64,000 nucleotides of DNA from Moniliella sp. 'wahieum' (taxonomy: Eukaryota). The notes beneath the pieces are model-generated. The model was not told the origin of the DNA and made no database searches. It saw nothing but the letters and a program-made list of their open reading frames with translations. Below are positions 50,234 to 61,321 of this stretch, piece after piece. Numbering within the stretch: the first letter of the stretch is position 1; each line of letters starts with the position of its first letter. The DNA is taken from NCBI GenBank assembly GCA_003971905.1, contig RSEE01000156.1, positions 1 to 64,000 on the forward strand, given 5' to 3'. The position numbers were made by a program, and so were the translations under genes.

Positions 50234-51937
50234 CCGGTCCCCGCCGGAGTGCTTTCTGCTCTGCCTAGTGCCATGGGCCCCACCCTCCCGTCTCTGTCGT
50301 CGAACGCGAGGGGATGGCGTTGGATTCCCACCTCGTTTGCCATGAGTTTACCCCCCGCATTGGTCCCGGCGGTCAGGCGGCGGAGTACTACGAAGTGCGA
50401 GACCCTCGGGACGCTCGGGACCCCAGGGTGGAACGCACGTATCGAGGTGCTTACTAGGTACCTTCTTGATCACAAAGTCCAGCTCGTGTGTCAAGATGGA
50501 TGTCTAGGTAGAGGTAGAGGTGGAGCGGAGGCGGAGGTGCAAGTCTATTTGCCCTTGCCTCCCTCCCCCCTCCCGCCTTCATTTCCTCTTCTCCTGTTTA
50601 CCCTGTGCCCCTTTCCCCACCCTCCCTTGGGCCTGTATGCATTTCGTTTCGGTGAAATAGGACTGAGTACCTCCCCGCCCCCCCCGCGCTAAGCTTTTGG
50701 CTTGGTTTTCCAGCAACGTATAACAACGTTCAGCAATTGCAGTAGCGTACCCCGCAGCAATCTACAACACTCCAGGCAAAAGGATGGGCAGTATGTCATG
50801 TGCTTTCCTTTGCTTTCCTTTGCTCGGATTGGGTTTCGCACCGCATGGACTGGAGGCACAAAGCGCAGGCACGGATGTTGGCGCAGGTGCTTCCCCCGTC
50901 GCTCCCCTCTCGGCTTTTCTTGGGCTGTACACTCCTATCCACTGTGAAGCGTGGCCTTCACTCCTCACCACCTGAACGCCCCAGTACAAATGGGAAGGGC
51001 GAGAGAACCGTGGGCCCACGGCCACAGCGAGCATGCAAAGGGTAAAGAGTACCATGAGAGGAAGGGGCTAATGGTGTCCCGAAGCGGGGGCCGCAGGCGT
51101 GGTAAAGTACTCCCAGATGCAGTACCCAACAAACACGGACGTGGACCAGGTAAGCCCGGAAGCGAGTACCGCACCATGTTACGCAGTTGGAAGATGGGGT
51201 GGTAGCGCCATTGGTCACGCTTGGCCCAGGGCGAGTGGCGTAGTTCGGATGACATGGTGGGGCTGGCCAGGGTGGAGAGGAGGGGGTAGGGGGGTTAGCA
51301 TGGCTTCTTCCACCAACATCACCGGGGACGGACCGGAGCAACGATGGATGGTGGATGGTGGATGGTGGATGGTGGAGGTAGAGGTGGAGGAGGGGGCGGT
51401 CAGCCAAGAGGGGGAGGAGAAAGACATACGATGAGCCAAGCAACAAACAAACGGTGGTCGAGCGAACCCACCAGCAGCCAGGTAGGAGGGAGCAGGGGGT
51501 GGGATGGGCTAGAGCCACCCCGGCCTACGCTGGGCAGGAGGGCGGAATGGGATTATTAATTGGCACTTGCCTCCGTTCCGCACTGAGGATAGGGTAGGGT
51601 AGGGTTGGGCTTGAAGCTTGCTTGCCAGCCGGGTAGGGTTGCTCCCCCTTCGTTGGCTAGCTCATCTCACGCTCTCTACTGAGCTTGTCTGGGCGCAAGA
51701 CGGGACCGTGACATGGGAATCAAATATGGGTCCAACGTACAAACAAAAACAAACATGGGCACGAGTTAAGTCGCAGGCGCCAATGCAGAGGGGAGACGAA
51801 CATGCGCACGTGGAGGGGGCGCGGGGGGGCGTAGGTGCCCATGCCTTGCAGCGCCAGATGAGGAACCGGGGGGAAGGTTGCCAGGAGAAAACGCGGGAGA
51901 GAAGAGAGAAGCACAGAGGGAGAAGAAGCACAGATGG

Positions 51938-52381
51938 TTATTGGTAGCCATGCATATTGGCTTCGCCATCTTGGAGGAACGCGTCGTGCCAGTCGTCAGG
52001 GTGAAGGGAAGGAAGGTCTGGTTGTGGAAATGATACGCATACCAAAACAGGCCAGCGATGAGCAGGAGCAGCAGCAGCCGCGCATGATGCGATGGCGCTC
52101 GGTACGCATTGCTTTCGCGCAACGTGCGCTGGTACGTTTCCGCCAACGCGGGGTTGGCCGCGGCTAGGCGGGCGCGCGTCGCATTGTCCGCGGCTTGGGA
52201 CAGGAGCGAGCGCGGGAGATGGGCAGCATGCGCCAGAGCGGCCGAACCGGCTTCGGACGCCCACTTGCCATCGCGCTTCTCGGGGGGGAAGGGGTCGAGG
52301 ACGATGTCAGGCTCGGGGGTCCATGGCGGGGGTGCGGCGGAGGCGAGGCGCAGAGGAGGGGGACGGGGAGACAGCCGACAT
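51938..52381 (-). CDS. Hypothetical single-pass membrane protein
   Basis: Open frame containing one TM segment, LLLLLLIAGLFWYAY; ATG at 52381 needs a frameshift. Confidence 0.35.
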
Positions 52382-53043
52382 GGACGCAGCAACCGCAAGC
52401 AGCTGTGCCGATCGGAGCTGCTCTGTGTGAGTGAGATGTGGCTGCGGAGGCGCCAATGAGACGGCCAGGCGCCCGGGACAATTGAACGTTCAACCTTGCT
52501 GCACCCGTGAAACGGGAGGGATGCCGCTGGGGCTGTGCTGTGCCTGCCTGTGCTCTGCTGCTGTGAGTCGGTGCAACGAGCCCACGTGTTCTGATTGCCG
52601 GGTGTATCCGGCCGCTTCGGGTGGCCCCCAACGTGCAGCCCAGCAGACCGCTTGTTAGGTAAGGAGGGGGGCCGCGTACGGGGGCCCTGTCGCACACTGG
52701 TGGGGTGCCCGCTGCATTCAGCTACGATGGACGACGCGCCTGCATTCGCGTGTGGCGCGCAGGCACAGGGACACTGTGGCGCTGCACGCCCCCACGCGGG
52801 CAGTCGGTGCGGCCCCGTGCGGCATGTGTTACATGATCAGCAGCACCACGCGGGAGCCCTGTGGATGACTGCCCCCGTGCCTCATTCTGTTTATCTCGTG
52901 TCCTCCATCCGTAACACATTAATCACCCTCGCCTGGGGAGGATTGTGCGTGTATATAATGCTCCTACGCCTCAGCGTATCTTTCCATCCTCCATCCTCCA
53001 TCCTCCATCCCCCATCCACATCACCCATCCCCTCGTCTCCACC

Positions 53044-54547
53044 ATGCCCGACGGTGGAATGGACACCATTGCCCCCACCCCGCCGATGGCCAAGTCGCTG
53101 GCCAAGGCCCCTGCGCCACCCACAGCAACAGCCGTAGTGGACTACGACCGCTACCTGTCCGCCGCCTTGCGCAATTGGCCCGATGGCTCTATCCGCAGGC
53201 TCTACAGCGCCGAGGACATGGACCGCGGCATCAGCTTCTGTCTGGCATGCCCAACCCTTCCATGTTCCCTTCAAGTGGCTACCTTTGGCGCGGTCAACCC
53301 GCAACCGGCCACCGATCCCGTCACGTCCGCCCCGACCTGTTTGAGGCCAGCTTGCAGTACCTGCCCGCCCAGGGCCTCGCTTCGCTCGCCGACTGGTTCC
53401 AGTCCTTTGTCTCCACTCTCATTCGCGCCCCATTCATTTACTCACCCTGCCCATACCACATGGGGCGTCACGGTCGGATCAGGCATCCAAGACTTGCTCT
53501 CGACTGCTTTCCGTGTGCTCTCGACCCGGGGGACACGGTCTTATTCGAAGCACCAACCTACGCGTACGTCCATCCTTGCGCCCCTTTTCTCCTAGATCGT
53601 GCTAACCGTTCTCATCGCATGGATAGTGGGCCCTCCTCCCTGTACACCCATTGGGAGCAGAACCCGTACCAGCCGCCATTGATGATGGCGGCTTGGACGC
53701 GGCTGCTCTCGAGCGGCAACTCAGCGGCTGGCGCACCAACGCAGCAACCAAAGACAAGCCCTTTCCCAAATGCTTGTACACCATCCCCGTCGGCGGGAAC
53801 CCCCATGGGACACAGCCAGTGAGCAACGCAAACGGATGGTGCTCAACGTCTGTCGGCGCCATGGTGTGCTGATCCTCGAGGATGACGCTTACTATTTCCT
53901 CAACTACGATGGCCTGGGTGCGAACCCCACCACGCGGCCCAGGATAAATCCTACTTTGCTCTAGAAGAGGAGGACAAGGACATTTGGGGCAACGGCCGTG
54001 TTCTTCGTTTGATTCCTTCTCCAAGATCCTCTGGCGGGTCTACGGATCGGGTTTGCTTCAGGGCCTCAAACTCTGATTGAAGCGATGGATGTGGTTTCGG
54101 CTTCGGGCCTGATGCATGCTTCGGGACCGACGATGGCCATGTCCCTCGCTCTCCTGGAACACTGGGGGGTGGACGGATTCCTCTACAATGCCGACAAGGT
54201 CGCTACTTTTTACCGTGATCGAAGGGACTTGTTTGAGCGCCTCGTCCGCTCTGTCTTGGGTGCTGGAGAAGGGAAGAAGGCGGTGGCAGAATGGGTGACG
54301 CCCGAGGCAGGGATGTTCCTTTGGATCAAGTTGCATTTGCCAGGACCCTGTTCGAGTGATATGTTGCACCACAAGGCCTTGCCAAGGGCGTCATTGCTGT
54401 GCCGGGCATCCACTTTTTCCCTACAGCCACGGCGACCCCTTATTGTCGCCTGTCTTACTCGGTGTCCCTGTGGAAGAGATGGAGCTGGGGCTCCGCCGCT
54501 TGCGGGAGTGCATCGAGAACGTGGAGCGAGGCAGGAAGCCGCTCTAG
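53044..54547 (+). CDS. PLP-dependent class I aminotransferase (aromatic/2-aminoadipate, ARO8/KAT-II-like)
   Basis: GMPNPSMFP, SLQY, LDPGDTVLFEAPTY, LYTIPVGGNP, ILEDDAYYFL, RFDSFSKI (PLP lysine), GLRIGF, AGMFLWIKL. Frameshifted. Confidence 0.87.
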
Positions 54548-54706
54548 GCCTCTTTGTTATCCCAGTCCAACAAAATCTTGTATCTGTTTGTCGTCCTGCT
54601 CACTCGCACTCCGGTTTCTCATTATACTAGCTAGACATTCACTCCCTCTCTCCCCTTCCTCGGGCTACACTTTCTGTACTTTCCTCGAAATGATTCGTTT
54701 TGTTTG

Positions 54707-56100
54707 TCACAAAAGATGCTTGGGGTATAAAAGTAGGTGGTTAGGGTCCAAAGTCCACTGCCCGGTCCATGTCGGCAGCAGGAAGACCCAGTCGAGCAGC
54801 GCCATCAGCACCATATCCACCGCTGCCACAATGACAAACACCACCCCGCCGAACCAAGGATGGCCCGCTGCGTAGCAGCGGAGAAGCAAGCTGCCTCTCT
54901 CAACGGCGGTGGCAGCTCGTCGTACACGATTTCCACACGCCGCGCCACCTCGGCCCAAGAGTACATCTCCTTCACCTTGGCATGAGCTAGGAACGGATCA
55001 TGCTCCCCACGTTCGATCCGCTCCACCGCCCGCAACGTCGTGTCCACCACATCGTCCTCGTCTGCCTCGGCCAGGAGAACAGGTCCGGAGGCAACACTTC
55101 CTCCACCCCGCCCACGCGCGTTGACACAACCAAACCCGGCCGCAGCACCTTCCACCAAGCCCGTGCCAAACGCCTCGGTGAGAGAGGTGTTGAGCAAAAT
55201 GTCGCCGCGGTGCAGATGAGCCGGACATCGGTACTAGCTACCGAGCCTACCAATTCGACGCGATTGCAACTCGGTGCGCTCGCGCATCTGTTCCAGTCCG
55301 ACCCGGTTCGGTCCCTCGCCTCCGATCACGAATCGCACATGGGGGTGTGCGGCACAGATTCGCGGGATGGCCGCTTCGAGCAGATCGGTGCCTTTGCGGT
55401 ACATGAGCCGGGACAGAACGACGATCGTCACGAAAGTTCGTGTTGGGTGGGCGGGTGCGGGGGGAAGGAAGTGGGTGGCGACAACGGCGTTGGGAATGAC
55501 GCTGACCCGAGCCGGATCGAGCTGGGCGCGTAAGCCGTGTTTTCCTTGCCAACATGGGAGACGGTGATGATGTGCCCGGTACCAGCCAAGAGAAAGCAAG
55601 CAACTTGGAGGTCAGGAAGGACGCCACATTGTCCATCCCAAACAAGGAGTGGTCGTCGTAAACACGCTCTTGACCCCAATGCTCCCAGCATGCAACAACG
55701 CTTCCAGCCCCATTGACGACAAGGCTTGGTGCGCATGCACAATCTCAATTCGTTCCCGCACCACAATCGAACGCAGGAGCGGACCCAAGCCAAAAAAGTT
55801 GGGCAACGTATCTTGGCGCGCGACCACCGCATACGGTACATAGTACACCTTGATCCCTCGCAGGAGGTGACGCACCCCCACCCGCTCTCCATACGCGTGG
55901 TGAGAATGACGACTTTATGGCCCCGTGCGACCAGCGCTTGGGCCACCATGTAGATATGGCCCTCCACACCCCCTAGGTTGGGGAAGAAAAAATCGACACC
56001 ATCCTAAGTACAGTCCAATTGAACGCAAGGGTGGGGATGACGATTAGTTGCTCATCTCATTGGCCCAGGGGAACGGGGCTTACAAGATCCGGTGCGGCCG
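54707..56100 (-). CDS. GPI3: GPI-GlcNAc transferase catalytic subunit (PIG-A/GPI3/SPT14)
   Basis: [21 protein letters not shown] (intron 56004-56083), [56 protein letters not shown]-terminal TM. Start codon not resolved. Confidence 0.92.
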
Positions 56101-59100
56101 GAGGGCGGGGGGAGGCCAAGGTTTGGTCCAGCAGGGGGGTGGCAAGGGGAGGGGAGGAGGTAGTGCGCAGCAACGCCTGTGCCGCGGCGACAAGGGGGGG
56201 GTTGGGACCGGTAGCTAACACGGTCTCTGTCGCAGCGAGTACCTGGGCTACGAGCAGCGTTCGTTCCGCCTCGGCGGTCGATGGCACCGCGAGAGCCACG
56301 GTGAAGTGCGTAGCAAGGTCCTGTGCACGCTTGGTTAGCTCGCCGGCCTGGGCTTGAATCGCGGCTTTGCCCTTGGCGTCCAGACGCGGGATGACAGTGT
56401 GCAGGACGGCATCGAGGTGGGTGCGCAGCGTGGCGAGACGGTCAATGTGTAGGTTGGGCCGCTCGGCAGCAAATAGCGTGGTTTGCACAGGGAAGGCACG
56501 GTGGGTTTGGATGGCTGGACAGGGGGGGGGGTAAGAGGGTTGCGTTCAGTGGGTTAGTATCCATCGACGAGCATCAGGTAGTAGGACTGGCGGTACTTAC
56601 TCCACTCGTCTTGGTCAAGGAAGATGCGTTGGAGGAGGTAAGTGTCCCAGGCTTGGGCTGCGGGGCCTGTGACCAAAGCCATGTGGGCGTACAACAGGGC
56701 GATTCCGCGATCGGCACTGAAGCCAAGCAGAGGTCCTTCGTCGGCTAGCGCTCCCCAGGGGTGGGCGACGACGCCTTCTGTCTCCGAGACGAACGAGGAG
56801 ATGGGCGGCCAGACGGGCAGCAGCCAAACGGATCTCCAGTTCGTCGTCAGCAAGAAGATTGAGCAGCGCCGCCAGGCCCAACACATGGTCGTCCCAATAC
56901 AGGGAAACAGGCAAACGCACCAAGGCGGCCAGCGCAATGGTACGAGTAGAGACCGGCTCTTCCTCTGCCGTCCCGGCATAGATCCGTTGCAGCGCCTGAC
57001 GCGCGATGGCGGGGGGCGTCGTTTCCTCGGCCAAACGCCGACCAAGCAGGAGGAGAATCAGCTCCTTTTCTGGCACGCACGGCGTCTCGTCCCCGCTTGA
57101 TCAAGGCGGGAAGCGGGCCGGCTTCCTCCTCCGGCGTGAGACTAAATGCCGAGCTAGACTGCGCCTTGAGGTACACCGAGTGGGCCAAAGGCCCCAACAC
57201 GGTGGCCGAATCCTCCGTCTCCTCGGAGGACGCCTCTTCCGACCCCAAGCCTCGCTCCTTCGGACCCGACACGACTTGGCGGGCCACCTGTCGTACAACC
57301 GGGTGCAGCTTCTCATCCGCCTGCGCCTTCCTTGCTAGCGCAACCAGGGAGGGCGAAGCGCCCCCATCCCGAGTCATGATCCACGTTGTGAACCAAGCGC
57401 CATGGAGCGCGTTGCTCCCCTTTGCTTGACTCAGAATGTCCATCGCTCGTGCTTCGGCCTGGTCGAGGGGTGTGAGCGCAGCGACTGCCCAGGCAGCCTG
57501 CTCACGCACTTGCCACAGGGGGGAGGAGAGTTGCGGCAGGATATGCTGGATCAGCTCTTCGCCCATCGGATGAGCCGTGGGCGGAGGTCGCAGTCGGGCC
57601 AAGAGCAACAGGACGGCAAAGAGGGGGGTAGTGCGTACATCCGCTGCCCCGTCACCTTGCAAGCCACGAACCATTCTTCCTTGAAAACGCATCCACCCCG
57701 GGAACTGGCCAATGAGGTCAGGGAGGGTGATGCTGAGCGAGGAAGCATGCGCATTGGCCACCTGCAACGTGAAAATGCGCGTGACAAGCGTCGCGTACAA
57801 CATCAACGCACCGTTTCGCACGGGCCACAGAGGCGAACGGAAGCGGTCGACCGCAAGGGGGATCAAGGGTCCCAAGTGCATTCGGAGAGGGAACGAAGGG
57901 ACTTGTCTGCCATCATGTAGCGCAGCGTATTGAACGCATGAATAGTAGGGTCTTGTTTCGCTCCGAGCATCCGCCCCGTCGGCCTCAGCGATGGAGGCAA
58001 GACGCGCGACCGTCGCTCCTACAGGGTCAAGCTTGCGGACCGCCACAAACGCAGAGAGCAGCGCGACAACACTGTACCCGAGCCCGGCCGAGCGACGAGT
58101 GATTGTCAAGGCCCCGGCGGTCGGATCGGCAATCCTCTGGATAAACTGATCGAGCCATGCAGAGGGGAGCGCACGTTGCTCCTCCAGGGGGCTCGGAGGA
58201 CAGCAATAGCAACCTTGGAGAGAGCCGGGTAGATGGTCGAGAACGCACCACGGTGACGGACGTGAAGCAACCAATGCATAAACGTTTCCCCCACTGACGC
58301 TAACTCTTCGGTGGTCCACACGCCTCCCTGGAGGGTTGACGAAACTACCTCGGCAAGAAGAGTGGATGCCTCTTTGATCCCACGCCAAGAATAGTGAAGG
58401 ACGGCCTGGCACGGTTGCCTTGTCCTTCACTCGCTTCTTGCTCCTCGTACGCTTCGCCTGCTCCCAACGCAGCCTCCCGCTCGTCCACCTCGCCCGCATT
58501 TCCCTCCGGCGCGGCCGAGGTAAGAATGGGGGCGACAAGGTCCCATACCTTGCCAATATCCTTAACACTCGACGGTTGGTCGATTGCACTTCACGCGTAC
58601 TGCGTGCCCTCTTCGATTGCGGGGAGCGAGCTGTACATCCTTTGAAGGTGACGAGTGTGCCGTGCAACGGGTTGCTGAGGGCTGCACCAACCAAGCCTTT
58701 CCCCTCAGGGGGAGGAGAGGCCGCGGCCATGTGAACCTCCAAAAAGTCCAACATGGCGTGGATGGGTTGAAGCACAGGAGAAACAACTGCTTTTTTCGGA
58801 GAGGGAACGAGGTCGAGGGGTGTACCCGAGCGGAACGTAGATCGTTTGGTACAGCTGCAAAAGGGCGGCGGCAGTGATCGCCTCATGTTCCCGCGCAGCC
58901 AAGAGGAGACTCGAAGCAGGCTGGACGAGCGCTTTGTGCACGACTTCTTGCCCCTCAAGCCCAGGGAGGGGACGGGGAACTTTCCAAGAGCTCAACCGAG
59001 GCGCGGATGGTGGTGTCGTAGGTCGAGTAGACCATCTCGAGCAACCGCCGCACCATGTCCTCATCCGCTACCGAGACAGTGGGGGGAATTGGTCTACCCG

Positions 59101-60550
59101 CTTTTGAACCGCAGTGTCAACCGCATACGCAGGATCCACTCCATTGGTCAGGAGGGACCGGAGCATACCCATTGCCTGCGTAATAGCAACGTACGTGGCA
59201 TTGGTATGCAGGTGGTTCCGCACAAGCGTCACCAGCGAAGTGAGAAATTCGTGCGCGTCATCCACGACCTGTTGCGCTTCGGCAACTTCTTTTCTTGCCG
59301 ACGACCTGCTGAGCACACGCGAGGCGGCATGGCTACTTGCGCGAAGCCGGTCCAGGAGTTGGATAAAGTACCCGCGGACAGCCGTGCGCGACTCGGGGAG
59401 ACAAAGACGAATGTACTGCCGAGGTAGGCACAATCATCTGTCGTTCCTTCGCAAGAAGGGGAGTGGCCAGCGTCTTGCTGCTCACCAGCAGACCAAAGTG
59501 CCCACTTGGACTTCCGCATTGGCCGCTTCCGCCCATAGGGTCAGGAGCGAGTCGGGCACCTCAACCGTCACACCGCGAAGAGGATAGGCGGAGAACCTAA
59601 ATTGGGCTCGTCCGATCCGGTGATGACCATCCCCATCTCCTTCCCCACACGGAGAACCGTGAGCACAGCAGGGGCCTTGAGCGTCTCGAGGGCGCGAAGG
59701 GGTGCAGAGCGCATGTAAGAGCTGGGGCAGCGCATGTCGCGAGAGGGCAAAAGATCGGAAGGTGATGAGCAGCAATTACGGATCGTTGGCGCATGGTAGT
59801 ATGGATCAGAGTGTGAGCGAGGGGCTGGACCCAACTCGACGTCCACGCCTCCCATGCGGAGGATACGTCAACCTCCTCAGTAATAAAGGAAGTCCTTCTT
59901 GAAACTGATCCCGAGCCGACGAGCATGTTCTGCCAACAGAGCAACAGCAACACGGGAACGGCGACGGTAGTTGGTTTCTACCCCTCGGGGGACGGAGAGC
60001 AGGCCTGTGTAAATGGAAAAAGTTGGGGTGGAACCAAAGAGGCTCGTGTCAAAAAAGATGTCCAACGAGCCCGTAGCGGACCACAGGGCTTCCAGCACAT
60101 GGAGGGCCTGTTTGCGCAGCATGTGTGCTTGGGCATGAGCAATGAGGCGTTGAACCGAAAGGTTGGCTGCGACTGCACCGGGTAGATGGACAAACGCGTT
60201 TACTAGGTCCGTCGCCGCAGTGGTAGCCGGAGCGTCAGGCGAGGCAAAGCCCGTCCAGGCCGTGTCGGCGAGCAAATAGGCCGTGCTGGGTTCAATATCC
60301 ACTCTTGGGCAGCTGCTGCCAGGGCAAAGTGGGAGCACGACCAGGCGCTCTGGCAGCTGAGGTGCGCTGGAAGGGCGGACAGGGCAGCGGCCAAGTGTGC
60401 CTGGGCCGAAGCGGGATCGGAGGCGTGCTCCATTTGGGACACCAGCGGTGCCACCTCTCAGGCAAACGGTACCACGGCTGCTGCGCCCGATGTTTTGACG
60501 CCCTTGACCTTGGCGCGCCCGATGGCGGCGGGAAGGGCAGCACTGGCCAT
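56057..60550 (-). CDS. TRM732: TRM732/THADA-like HEAT-repeat protein (DUF2428)
   Basis: LLHVRHRGAF, ITRRSAGL, WPVRNGALMLYATL, WQVREQAA; intron 56515-56600 joins the last exon (LFAAERPNL) in frame. Many frameshifts. Confidence 0.83.
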
Positions 60551-60758
60551 CCGATCCGAGGCCGGCGAAAGAGGAGGTGGTGTAGAAGAGCCGGGAAAAA
60601 AAGCAGCGGGTCAGACAGTGAAATGTTGAGAGACGAGGGGCTCCCCCCTTACGTCACCCGCCGCGTCCTCTGCTTCGTGCTCGTCTTGTGGCGCATCTCA
60701 GTCCAAGGCCTCAAGGACGACGACGACGGCCACCACCACTTCGGTCAGCTCAGCGACC

Positions 60759-61298
60759 ATGTCAGACGGACCTGCAGTCGACGTGACGGACTTGACGCCG
60801 GCACAGCTCAACGATGTACGCCAGCAGCTGGACGAGGAGCTGAAGGTGCTCACCACGTCGTACGGACGTCTCGTCGAGGCCCAAGGCAAGTTTCGCTCGT
60901 GCATCGCCAGCTGTGAGTACCTCTCCTCGCAAGCCCAGGCCGCCGCCAAGGCACCGGACGGCCATGCTCCAATCAGCCTTGTGCCTCTCACCTCGTCGCT
61001 TTATGTGCCCGGTCGGATCACCACACCATCGCGCGTGGTGGTAGACATTGGAACGGGGTACTACGTCGAGAAGGATGTGTCGGCGGCCATCAAACTCTAC
61101 CAGGACAAGATCAAGTTCCTCAACGACCGCATCCGTTCTCTCCAAGAGACATCCAGAAGAAACAGGACAATCTTCGTGTGGCAACGGACGTGCTGCGTAT
61201 GGTATGTATGCTCATCCCTACTCTGTCGCGTTGTCCTTCACACCTGCTCCCAGAAAGTCGTTCAGGCCCAGCAGCAAGCCAAGGCCCAAGAGAGCTAG
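60759..61298 (+). CDS. GIM5: Prefoldin alpha subunit 5
   Basis: VDVTDLTPAQLNDVRQQLDEEL..LVPLTSSLYVPG..VVVDIGTGYYVEK; probable short intron near 61202-61252. Confidence 0.93.
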   Translation: MSDGPAVDVTDLTPAQLNDVRQQLDEELKVLTTSYGRLVEAQGKFRSCIASCEYLSSQAQAAAKAPDGHAPISLVPLTSSLYVPGRITTPSRVVVDIGTGYYVEKDVSAAIKLYQDKIKFLNDRIRSLQETSRRNRTIFVWQRTCCVWYVCSSLLCRVVLHTCSQKVVQAQQQAKAQES

Positions 61299-61321
61299 AA
61301 ATCTTGGGTCTTTCCCGCCAT

